Source of the DNA: an uncultured Planctomycetales bacterium
GTDB taxonomy: Bacteria > Omnitrophota > Gorgyraeia > Zapsychrales > Fredricksoniimonadaceae
Reading direction: 5' to 3'
Length of the DNA stretch: 64,000 bases
Assembly (NCBI GenBank): GCA_964572155.1
Contig: CAZNDZ010000001.1
Coordinates: 782,290 to 846,289, forward strand
Shown: one piece after another, positions 10,881 to 19,508 of the stretch
How positions within the stretch are numbered: position 1 is the stretch's first letter
Layout of the letters: every line of letters starts with the position of its first letter
Notes under the pieces: model-generated
Seen by the model: only the letters and a program-made list of their open reading frames with translations
The model's database searches: none
Told to the model about the DNA's origin: nothing
Position numbers and translations under genes: made by a program

Positions 10881-11300
10881 ATGAATCTACGTAAATTTAA
10901 CCAAGCATTTACCTTAGTTGAGATCTTGCTAGTGGTTGTGATCATTGGGGCATTGGCTGCTATGATCATCCCACGATTTGCAGGTCGAGGAGAAACAGCC
11001 AAGGTCAAAGTTGCTCGGACTGATATCGAAGCAAATATTTCAACAGCCTTGAAATTATATGAATTAGATAATGGCAGCTTTCCTTCAACGTCACAAGGTT
11101 TAGCGGCCTTGAAAACCCGTCCAAGTGGCAATCCAATTCCTGCAAATTGGAATGGTCCTTACATCGAGAAAGCTCCTCTTGATCCTTGGGGTCATGCATA
11201 TGTTTATGCTTCTCCAGGGGAACATCGTTCTGACTATGACCTTTCTTCAAAGGGAAAGGATGAGGCATCTGACAAGGATGACATCACCAATTGGCAATAA
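10881..11300 (+). CDS. gspG: T2SS major pseudopilin GspG
   Basis: Prepilin leader and N-methylation motif (KFNQAFTLVEILLVVVIIG). GspG-specific C-terminal signature GLAALKTRP...PANWNGPYIEKAPLDPWGHAYVYASPGEHRSDYDLSSKGKD...DDITNWQ. Confidence 0.85.
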   Translation: MNLRKFNQAFTLVEILLVVVIIGALAAMIIPRFAGRGETAKVKVARTDIEANISTALKLYELDNGSFPSTSQGLAALKTRPSGNPIPANWNGPYIEKAPLDPWGHAYVYASPGEHRSDYDLSSKGKDEASDKDDITNWQ

Positions 11301-11682
11301 TTCAAAAGGGTTTACCTTTGTTGAAGTAATGGTGACGTTGGTTGTTCTTTCCTCGGGGATTGTTTTTATCTACAAATCTTTTTTCTTGTGCGCTGATTAT
11401 TTAACCCGCCTATCATTGCGCTTGGATGCGAATCAATTGCTCGATAATAAGATCACAGAGATCAAACGCTATGTTAGCGGTAGTCATGATCTTTCTTTTT
11501 CGCGTTCAGGAATTATCCCCGTGGAAGCGTTTAATCATCGCACGATTCAATTCTTCTATCAGACGGAGTTGTCGCCGATCATTGGTTCTGAGGATTTGTA
11601 TCAGATGAATGTTAGTCTGTCGTGGGAAGAATATGGTCATAAAAAACATTTAAATCGCATGAGCTTGTTGGAGATAGGATGA
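11278..11682 (+). CDS. Minor pseudopilin (GspH/GspI-like)
   Basis: Prepilin motif NNSKGFTFVEVMVTLVVL. Start is the ATG at 11278, overlapping the gspG 3' end by 23 nt in another frame. The ORF-track start at 11125 is spurious. Confidence 0.6.
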   Translation: MTSPIGNNSKGFTFVEVMVTLVVLSSGIVFIYKSFFLCADYLTRLSLRLDANQLLDNKITEIKRYVSGSHDLSFSRSGIIPVEAFNHRTIQFFYQTELSPIIGSEDLYQMNVSLSWEEYGHKKHLNRMSLLEIG

Positions 11683-12269
11683 GATTACGTCGTTCTGGAT
11701 TTACCTTAATGGAAATTTTGTTGGTCTCTGTCCTTATTGCTACGGTTTCGATTGCCATTTTTGGTGTTTTAAATAATGGCATTAAGTTATGGAGTCGTGG
11801 TATGGCGGTTGATAAAAAGGGCGAATTATTTATTGGCCTTGAGAAGATTGCCCAAGATTTTAGAGGGGTGTTGCCTTTTTCATTAATTAAATTTAAAGGC
11901 ATGGAATCGCAAGTTTCATTCGCAACCATTGTACTGACGCCTGCGGATGTTCGCAGCAGTCGCGTAACGGAGGGGATTGTGGATCAGCTTGGTGCTGTTG
12001 AATATCGTTTTGATCCTGCTTTAGGCAAGATGTTCCGACGACAAGCAGATTATGGTCAGGCCATTAAAAAGCAATGGGGTCAAGAACAAGAAATAGCATC
12101 GGGGATAAGTGATGTCCGTTTTGATTATTATATTGACGGGCAGAAAAGTTATGAACGCAAAGCGCATATTGAAACTCACATCCCAAAGGGTGTGATGTTG
12201 ACCATGCGATTTGGTGAACGTGGTCCACAAATGCAGCGTTATTTTGAAATCCCTGTGGGAGGACAGTAA
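11679..12269 (+). CDS. Minor pseudopilin (GspJ-like)
   Basis: Prepilin motif RRSGFTLMEILLVSVLIA. 196 aa. Four-nt ATGA overlap with the preceding gene. Confidence 0.55.
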   Translation: MRLRRSGFTLMEILLVSVLIATVSIAIFGVLNNGIKLWSRGMAVDKKGELFIGLEKIAQDFRGVLPFSLIKFKGMESQVSFATIVLTPADVRSSRVTEGIVDQLGAVEYRFDPALGKMFRRQADYGQAIKKQWGQEQEIASGISDVRFDYYIDGQKSYERKAHIETHIPKGVMLTMRFGERGPQMQRYFEIPVGGQ

Positions 12270-12274
12270 AAGCC

Positions 12275-13297
12275 GTGCGATTTAGAACATTACGACAAAA
12301 TGGTTTTGTTTTGATCTTTGCCTTATGGGTTTTGGGGTTGTTGACTTTTTTGGCCGTGAGCGTCGCTTTAGGTGTGCGCCAAAAAACGTTAGCGGCAGAG
12401 AAACTCGAAGAGCAAAGTCGCATGTATTATTTGCAAGAAGCGGTGCTTAAGCAAGTTAAGGTGTATATTCGCAAACAAATGAATGACCATCAATTTATTT
12501 ATACGGCAGATCTTAAACAACAACTTCATAATAATATAAACTTTTTTGGCCGCATTCCATTCGGAGCGGACAATGCATCTGTTAGTTTTACGTTGTATGA
12601 TCAAGGTCGTTCCATGGAACAGTTTGGTGTTGTTGACGAGGAGAGAAAGGTTAATCTCAATACAACTAATATCTATGTTTTACAGCGTCTAATCGAGCAA
12701 GTATTAGATGTAAAGCCAGAAGAGCGTTTACAGTTAGCTCAAGCCATTTTGGATTGGCGTCAACAAGGACAATCACAAGCTGACGGTTTTTTTAGCGATG
12801 ATTATTATGGGAATTTGAAACATGCATATTTTAAGAAAGATGCAAATTATGAATTGATGGAAGAGTTGCTATTGGTTAAGTGGATGACGCGCACTAAGTA
12901 TGAACGTTTATTGCCGTATGTGACGGTGTATGGTGAAGGTAAGGTGAATATCAATACAGCGTCGGGTGTTGTGTTGTATGCTTTGGGGCTTGATCATGCT
13001 GTCGTTGAAAAGGTTTTAACGGCCCGACGTGGAAAAGATGGGTTGGAGGCAACCGGGGATGATTTATTTTTTACAAAGACATTTGATGTGGCCAGTGATG
13101 TTGGAAGTCGTGTGAAGTTGGAACCGCAAGAAATGCGCGCCATAGATGCGCTTAATTTACAGGGTGTCTTGACGACAAATTCATATTATTTTTATTGTGC
13201 CATGCAGTCGCGTTTGTCACGCTCGGGTTGGTCTCGCCAAGCCCAAGCCATTTACGCGTCTAGGGATAATAAGGTTTTATATTGGAGAGAAAAATAA
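12275..13297 (+). CDS. gspK: Minor pseudopilin GspK-like protein
   Basis: N-terminal NGFVLIFALWVLGLLTFLAVSVAL matches the GspK G.ALL.VLW.L.LL signature. ~340 aa. Sits after the GspH/I/J-like genes as in gsp operons. Confidence 0.6.
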   Translation: MRFRTLRQNGFVLIFALWVLGLLTFLAVSVALGVRQKTLAAEKLEEQSRMYYLQEAVLKQVKVYIRKQMNDHQFIYTADLKQQLHNNINFFGRIPFGADNASVSFTLYDQGRSMEQFGVVDEERKVNLNTTNIYVLQRLIEQVLDVKPEERLQLAQAILDWRQQGQSQADGFFSDDYYGNLKHAYFKKDANYELMEELLLVKWMTRTKYERLLPYVTVYGEGKVNINTASGVVLYALGLDHAVVEKVLTARRGKDGLEATGDDLFFTKTFDVASDVGSRVKLEPQEMRAIDALNLQGVLTTNSYYFYCAMQSRLSRSGWSRQAQAIYASRDNKVLYWREK

Positions 13298-13366
13298 TTA
13301 TTTTTCCATGGTACGGTTATAAAATTTAGTTATAATAAAAACAATTAAATAAATACCAGAGGGCTC

Positions 13367-14788
13367 ATGTTCGGAAATGACAAAAAATTTTTAAGTGTCT
13401 TGATCGCAGATGCAACCATCAAAGTGGCACAGGTTACATCTTCCGGTAACGTAGAAAAAATCGCCCGTGCCACAGCAGCGAGCTCTACGCAGGATGAAGT
13501 TGTTAAGGCGCTTAAACCGCTTCTTGGTGGTTTTGATCGCAAGGCATCGGTTGTCTGTGTTATTTCAACAGCACATGCCACATCGAAGAGCATTGAAGTT
13601 CCATCCAGTGATCCAAAAGAAATAAAATCCATTATTAATTTACAAGCTAGCCGTCATACACCATATTCCCGTGAGGAAGTTATCATTGGGCACGTGAATC
13701 TTGGTAGCATGGCAAATGGTAATACCAAAATCCTACTCGTCATTGCTCATCGCAATGTGATAAAAGAACGTTTAGCTATTTTAGAAAAATGTGGTTTAGT
13801 TGCTGATAAGATCTTGTTTGCTCCTGAAGGCATTGGTCGTTTATATTCTAAGGGATTAAATCTTAAGAATAATGCCAGTGTTGGTGTTATCGATTTCGGT
13901 CTAAATAACGTTAATTTCTGCGTAGTCGGTCGAGGCAGCGTGATTTTTGCACGTTCCATCAATTTAGGCATCAAGAATTTGCTAGAGCCTGAAGGTGCAA
14001 AAGCGGTGGCTGATGAAATTAGCAAAACATTGGTTGCATTTCAAGCAGAAGACACCCAAGCGGTTGAATCTTTTATTGTGACAGGCGATCATAGTGTTAT
14101 CAAAGATTTCTTAACCACGTTAAATGATATTTTAAAAGTTGAAGTTCGTCTAAGTCCATATGTATCGCTTTTAAAGACAAATGCAGTGAAGGGTAAATTA
14201 CAAAAAGATTATGCCGATGACTCATTCTTAGAGGTTGTTGCTTCTGCTGTCACAAGCGCTAAATCAGAAGTTAATTTCATCCCAGATGAAATTGTCATGA
14301 AGCGCACGGTTGAACAACAAAGTGTTGAGGCAAGCAAAGCAGGTGTCGCAGGTGTTGTCATCATGTTGCTTTTAGGTGGCATCTTGATGAGTAAGATTTA
14401 TTTCAAAGATGTTTTCTTGACGAAGAATTTAAAACAGCGTTATGCAGAGCAACATGAAGAAGTTGTAGCGTTGCAAAATAAGATGGCTAAGGTGAGGATC
14501 GTCCGGGAATACATGCGCGATCGTCTGGTAGGTCTTGATGTTTTAAAAGAAATTTATCGTGTCACGCCTAATGACATCTATTTGTCAGCGATTAGTTTAG
14601 AAGAAGATGGCTCGTTGACCTTGTCAGGTATTTCACCATCAATGTCACAAATCTTTACTTATGTTAAGACGCTCGACGATTCACCAATGTTTGTCGATGC
14701 CAAAACAAAATCAACCTCAACAAAAAAAGACGGCGCCAAAGATTTAGCTGTGTTTGAGGTGGCATTAAAATTAAAGGAAGCGAATTAG
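13367..14788 (+). CDS. GspL-like / PilM-PilN fusion protein (cytoplasmic actin-like domain, TM, periplasmic domain)
   Basis: N-terminal actin-fold (PilM/GspL-cyto-like) region. Single TM (AGVAGVVIMLLLGGILMSKIYF) near aa 320. PilN/GspL-periplasmic-like C terminus. Preceded by a 69-nt AT-rich gap. Confidence 0.5.
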   Translation: MFGNDKKFLSVLIADATIKVAQVTSSGNVEKIARATAASSTQDEVVKALKPLLGGFDRKASVVCVISTAHATSKSIEVPSSDPKEIKSIINLQASRHTPYSREEVIIGHVNLGSMANGNTKILLVIAHRNVIKERLAILEKCGLVADKILFAPEGIGRLYSKGLNLKNNASVGVIDFGLNNVNFCVVGRGSVIFARSINLGIKNLLEPEGAKAVADEISKTLVAFQAEDTQAVESFIVTGDHSVIKDFLTTLNDILKVEVRLSPYVSLLKTNAVKGKLQKDYADDSFLEVVASAVTSAKSEVNFIPDEIVMKRTVEQQSVEASKAGVAGVVIMLLLGGILMSKIYFKDVFLTKNLKQRYAEQHEEVVALQNKMAKVRIVREYMRDRLVGLDVLKEIYRVTPNDIYLSAISLEEDGSLTLSGISPSMSQIFTYVKTLDDSPMFVDAKTKSTSTKKDGAKDLAVFEVALKLKEAN

Positions 14789-14789
14789 C

Positions 14790-15350
14790 ATGAATGTGAT
14801 CACACAATTTATAGCTGGCTTATCGAGCACAGGAAAAAAGTTATTTGCGATTGCATTTGTGATTGTTGCCATTGCCTTATTTGATCGCTTGCTTATCTCG
14901 CCGACATTGTCCCGCATGTCTGCCATCGATAGTGACATTGAAAAAGAGACCAATAGCATTAAGCAAGATTTACGATTTTTAAGTTATAAAGATAAAATTA
15001 ATTCAGAAAGCAAGGTTTATGCACCATACTTAAGCGAAAAAGCTTTGTCAGAAGAAGAAATTATCTCAGCTTTTTTAAAGAGCATTGAAGTTTTGGCTAA
15101 AAAAGGAAATGTCACGGTTGCAAAAGTAACGCCATCGTCTGGTAGTAAAGAAAAAGATTATGTGAAGTATGTTGCTGATTTAGAATGTTCAGGGGTGTTG
15201 TCTGACGTGGTGACGTTTATCCATTTAATTGATACTTCCGAAGAATTAATGAAGGTAGTGAAATTTAGTTTCTCTTCAAAGAAAGCCGACTCCGACGAAA
15301 TCAAAGCCGTCATGACCATCCACAAGGTCGTTATCTCAAAACGTGATTAG
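14790..15350 (+). CDS. GspM/PilO-like bitopic membrane protein
   Basis: 186 aa with an N-terminal TM (LFAIAFVIVAIALF) and a periplasmic domain. Follows the GspL-like gene after 1 nt. Confidence 0.4.
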   Translation: MNVITQFIAGLSSTGKKLFAIAFVIVAIALFDRLLISPTLSRMSAIDSDIEKETNSIKQDLRFLSYKDKINSESKVYAPYLSEKALSEEEIISAFLKSIEVLAKKGNVTVAKVTPSSGSKEKDYVKYVADLECSGVLSDVVTFIHLIDTSEELMKVVKFSFSSKKADSDEIKAVMTIHKVVISKRD

Positions 15351-16083
15351 ATTTTTCCTCATAGTTTTATTAAGTCTATTCGTTGTTATCCCCAATGCGA
15401 TGTCTGCAACTGTGCGCGAATTATACGAACAAGCTGTTGATAGTTACAATCAACAAAAGTTCGATGATGCCATTACGTCTTATCAAGAGATTTTAAAGAT
15501 GGCTCCAAATTTTGCGCCAGCCTATGTTGGCATCGGTCTTTCTTTGAAAGCTAAGGGGGCAGAGACCGACGAAGTTGTTCATTATTATAATGAAGCTGTG
15601 AATCATGATCCAACCAATTTGCAGGCCTTAGAGCAATTGGGGCGATTGTATTATGCTATTAATCAATTTGATAAAGCAGAGAAGGTTTTTTTAAAATCAC
15701 TTAAGATAAATCCTGCCCAACCAGAGATTAAACAAGCATTGGCATGGGTATATTTGATTGGAAAATCTAAGCCTGAGCTTGCCATCAAGTATTTTAAATC
15801 CGCAGGTCAATTAAATAAGCCAGACACGATGTATGGCCTTGGCATGGCGTATTTTTCTAACAATCAGCGCGTGGAAGCAATGGATATGATGATGCAATTG
15901 CGTTCCGGTGGTTTTGATGATTATGCCAAGCGGCTTGAGCAAGCCATCCGTGAGAACAGGCGTGTTGTCTTAGATAGTAATGAAGATGGTGGTTCGAAAG
16001 AAGATTTTTCCGATATGACAACCAAATCAAGTAAAAGTGGTGTCAAGGTCCGCTTACGCGGCAAGCTCTCCGATTTGAATTAG
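15343..16083 (+). CDS. Exported TPR-repeat protein
   Basis: Signal peptide MIRFFLIVLLSLFVVIPNAMSA. Several TPR-like repeats (AITSYQEILKMAPNFAPAY..., ALEQLGRLYYAINQFDKAEKVF...). Last gene of the T2SS block. Confidence 0.55.
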   Translation: MIRFFLIVLLSLFVVIPNAMSATVRELYEQAVDSYNQQKFDDAITSYQEILKMAPNFAPAYVGIGLSLKAKGAETDEVVHYYNEAVNHDPTNLQALEQLGRLYYAINQFDKAEKVFLKSLKINPAQPEIKQALAWVYLIGKSKPELAIKYFKSAGQLNKPDTMYGLGMAYFSNNQRVEAMDMMMQLRSGGFDDYAKRLEQAIRENRRVVLDSNEDGGSKEDFSDMTTKSSKSGVKVRLRGKLSDLN

Positions 16084-16115
16084 CCATTATATAGATAATA
16101 TGGTATTCTTTTGGC

Positions 16116-19100
16116 ATGCAAGGGAAGTTCTTAAAATTACTCCTATGTTGTTGTTTACTGCCATTTCCTAGATTATTTGCAGGGGAGATTGTATTGCCTG
16201 CACCAGGGACAATGGTGCATTTAAGCCCTGCTGTAGAAATACCCATCTTAAAAGGCATTAAAGTTCACAGCGACGATCCTTTCCGTCTCGAATTCGTCTT
16301 AGACTCCGGAAACAATACATCCACCGATCTAAAGGAAGAATCTAATAAGCTGATTAAATATTTCCTAGCCAGCTTAACCACCCCCGATAAAGACATGTGG
16401 GTCAATCTAAGCCCATATGAAAAAGACCGCATCATCCCAGATCAATTCGGCCAAACTCAAATGGGGCGCGATCTATTGGCGCAAGATTATATCCTCAAAC
16501 AAATCACCGCGAGTTTGATTTATCCCGAGGACACAGTTGGTCGAGAATTTTGGCGACGCGTTTATCAATCTTCAGCAAATAAAAACATTCCCGTTAAGAC
16601 ATTTAACAAAGTATGGATCGTCCCTGATAAGGCTGTTGTCTATGAAAATGCTAAGGCAGGGGCTGCGTATGTTGTGGAATCATCCCTTAAGGTTTTAACA
16701 GAACAAGATTACCTCGCCAGTACCAAAAATAACAATGAATCAAATAACAATCAAATCATCAAAGACGTTGTGATCCCGCAATTAACCAAAGAAATCAACA
16801 CCGGCGCCAACTTTGCTCAGTTGCGACAAGTATACAATGCCTTAATTTTAGCGACGTGGTACAAAAAGAAGATTCAAGACAGTATTTTAAATAAGGTTTA
16901 TTCGGATAAGCATAAGATTCATGGAGCAACATATGAGGACACGTTAGATACTAAATTGATTTATGCGCGTTATTTGGAAGCATTTAAGAAAGGTGCGTAT
17001 AACTACATCAAAGAAGATACTGAAACGCTTGGCATTACAGGGCCAAGAAAGTATTTTTCTGGTGGATTTAATTTGGCGTTGAGTGGTGATGACAGCCTAA
17101 AGGTTACAACGGATGCGGCCATGGTATATCGACGTAGGGATCATTTAATGCAAGTGGATGTTAATCTTTCAGGCATTTCATCACCATCAAGAAACTTGTC
17201 AGGGAAGAAAGTTAAGTTTTCTGAATTTGTTGAATGGATGAATCAAGATTTTGATAATCCTCATGTGCTTTCTGACGCAGAAGTTTCCTCGTTAGCTGCA
17301 AGATTTAATATTCAACATCGAGATTTTGATCTATTGAAAAAAGAAGGAATGAATATTGCTAAGGGAAGTTATGCGTTTTATCAAGATTTACCAAAAGATG
17401 GAAAGTTAAATGTCTATTTATTCCGTGATGCATTTGGACTATACCTTGCGGATAAGATGTCTGGTGGAGATCCTTTAGCCATGATGGTTTCAAAAACCTC
17501 TGTTAGTTCATTAGGATTGGATGGATTAGACGTGGAGATGTCTGCCGTTGTTGATGAGATCAAAAGGAGGATGGGTTTAGCACTGGATGCTCCTATACCT
17601 GAAGAGCAATATGCTAGATTTAAGCAATTATTTTTTAAGTTTTGGGACAACTTATTTGAACATAAAAGCGTTGGAAAGATGTCGTCGGATGATGCGTTTG
17701 TTTTGAAGGATCAAGATAATCTCATCAATGCCATGCATCAGTTATCTGCATATGCCAATAGCATAGGGATAACCAGTCAATTGGTAAAGACGAGAGGGGT
17801 TAGATTTATTGATACTACGATGAGAGGGACCCTTGTTCTTTTTATGGAAGCTGTGGTGCATATGATGGCTAAAAGTGATGGTTTACAACAGGATCAGATT
17901 AAAACAGATAGTCGGATGTTTTATAGTCAATGGTCGCAAGCTTTAAGCGCACTAAAGTTATCTTCATCTGAAAAGATTGCGCGCATGACAGAATATTTTG
18001 ATTATCCTATTAGGTTTAGAGGATTTGATAAGAATTATACGCCACGCGTAGAATTTCGAGATCCTCACTTTATCAACAAGTTTATTTTTTTAACACGATT
18101 AATAAAAAGTGAACTCTTAAGATTAAATCAAGATCACGCTCAAATGTCACAAAGTTTGTCGATGGATGATATTTCAATAATACAGACGATGCCTTTGAGT
18201 GAGGCTGGCAAGCAATTGATTGTACGTAAGGCGCGGGGGTTGATGGGACAAATGCAAGCTAATAGAGCACTATACCAAAATGGTCAGCACGATATATGGC
18301 AGGATGTTCCATCTTTAATAATGAGTAATCCATATTCTGCTGTTTTTCGTCCAGAAAATAAAGAGGCAATTCATGTGTATGCAGAGGAATTAAAAAGATT
18401 ATGGCTAGAGAATGGATTTGATGAGGCTTATGGGGCGCTTACTGAGGTTATCGCAGCGTTTGAAGCAAACAAAGGCGCCCGTCCATCACAGCTCACATTG
18501 TTTCACCAAGTATTCCTGCAATTTCTAGAGAGTTTCGATGCGCAAGCGAAGGCGATGGGTTTAGCACAGTTAGTCGTTAATCATAGTTTGCATTTAAGGT
18601 TTAATGGATTGCATGATGAGGTGCATGATGTTAATTGGGGTTCAGTCTTTATTGATAATGAATTATTAATTGGTCATGATGATATACAGGGAGCGCTTCA
18701 GAGGTATTTACTATCATTAGTTGAGTTAAGCAAAGACAAAAACAGATGGGAATCTATTCTACCGGGTAAGGACGGAGCAGCGAATCATTTAGGGATTAGA
18801 TTAAAAGATCATTTGTTATGGGTGCTTGTTCTAGGAATAGATCCTAGTCTTCATGCATTTACAAATCAACCAAATGATGTCATAGATGAGGTGTTGAAGA
18901 AATATTGGGGCACTGATAATCGAGAACAGGTGATGCAATTGGCTGTAAAGAAGATATTTAGCGATCCATTATTAAAAGATCATCTGGAAGAGATTAATGT
19001 ATTAGTCAAAGAAGCGTTAACGATTTCTTCTCAAGAGTGGGAAAGCAAAGGTTTACGTTCACCATATCGTTTTGGTGTGGATTTTGGAAGTGCTGAATTA

Positions 19101-19508
19101 TTATTCAAATCGACAAGATTTGCAGATACATCAGCTTGGGAAAAGTATCCTTTAAAAGATAGGTTTTTGATGGTTGGTTTGCAACCTGAATTTCTGCCCA
19201 CGTATGAGATCTTTGAAGATAGAGGTCTTAAGGGGAGAGTTGATGTGTATTTGGCACAAGATAAGGGTAAAGATTTGAGACCTTTGTATGAAAGAATTTT
19301 AGAGAAACAGTTATCCCTGTCGCCAACAGGTGGGATTGATTTGAATGCGAGTAGAATGAATTTGGAGACGCAGCAGGTTGGGGAGGGGATTCGGTTTAGG
19401 TTGGATGAGGGGCAAATTGAGCGTTTGAAAGATATGGAAGGTTTGTCGCATGTGATTATTAAGATTGCACCTGTCACAGATCTGCAGCAGTTTTTAGGGA
19501 TTTTATAA
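16116..19508 (+). CDS. Giant exported protein, paralog 1 of 3 (1130 aa). Conserved N-terminal ~330-aa domain and conserved C-terminal ~60-aa 'GGIDLNA' domain.
   Basis: Signal peptide MQGKFLKLLLCCCLLPFPRLFAG. The N-domain is near-identical in long stretches to those at 38454 and 55642 (LPAPGTMV.LSP, LIKYFLASLT, WVNLSPYEKDRI, GRDLLAQDYLLKQITASL, FNKVWIVP, LRQVYNALILATWYK, AFKKGAYNYIKE, PRKYFSGG). C terminus PTGGIDLNASRMNLETQ...IKIAPVTDLQQFLG. Confidence 0.8.
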   Translation: MQGKFLKLLLCCCLLPFPRLFAGEIVLPAPGTMVHLSPAVEIPILKGIKVHSDDPFRLEFVLDSGNNTSTDLKEESNKLIKYFLASLTTPDKDMWVNLSPYEKDRIIPDQFGQTQMGRDLLAQDYILKQITASLIYPEDTVGREFWRRVYQSSANKNIPVKTFNKVWIVPDKAVVYENAKAGAAYVVESSLKVLTEQDYLASTKNNNESNNNQIIKDVVIPQLTKEINTGANFAQLRQVYNALILATWYKKKIQDSILNKVYSDKHKIHGATYEDTLDTKLIYARYLEAFKKGAYNYIKEDTETLGITGPRKYFSGGFNLALSGDDSLKVTTDAAMVYRRRDHLMQVDVNLSGISSPSRNLSGKKVKFSEFVEWMNQDFDNPHVLSDAEVSSLAARFNIQHRDFDLLKKEGMNIAKGSYAFYQDLPKDGKLNVYLFRDAFGLYLADKMSGGDPLAMMVSKTSVSSLGLDGLDVEMSAVVDEIKRRMGLALDAPIPEEQYARFKQLFFKFWDNLFEHKSVGKMSSDDAFVLKDQDNLINAMHQLSAYANSIGITSQLVKTRGVRFIDTTMRGTLVLFMEAVVHMMAKSDGLQQDQIKTDSRMFYSQWSQALSALKLSSSEKIARMTEYFDYPIRFRGFDKNYTPRVEFRDPHFINKFIFLTRLIKSELLRLNQDHAQMSQSLSMDDISIIQTMPLSEAGKQLIVRKARGLMGQMQANRALYQNGQHDIWQDVPSLIMSNPYSAVFRPENKEAIHVYAEELKRLWLENGFDEAYGALTEVIAAFEANKGARPSQLTLFHQVFLQFLESFDAQAKAMGLAQLVVNHSLHLRFNGLHDEVHDVNWGSVFIDNELLIGHDDIQGALQRYLLSLVELSKDKNRWESILPGKDGAANHLGIRLKDHLLWVLVLGIDPSLHAFTNQPNDVIDEVLKKYWGTDNREQVMQLAVKKIFSDPLLKDHLEEINVLVKEALTISSQEWESKGLRSPYRFGVDFGSAELLFKSTRFADTSAWEKYPLKDRFLMVGLQPEFLPTYEIFEDRGLKGRVDVYLAQDKGKDLRPLYERILEKQLSLSPTGGIDLNASRMNLETQQVGEGIRFRLDEGQIERLKDMEGLSHVIIKIAPVTDLQQFLGIL

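Noticed and set aside
11125-11277. A 51-codon 5' extension of the minor pseudopilin ORF that overlaps gspG
   Set aside because: The prepilin leader and GFTFVEV motif begin right after the ATG at 11278. The upstream extension would bury the class III signal peptide and overlaps gspG in another frame.
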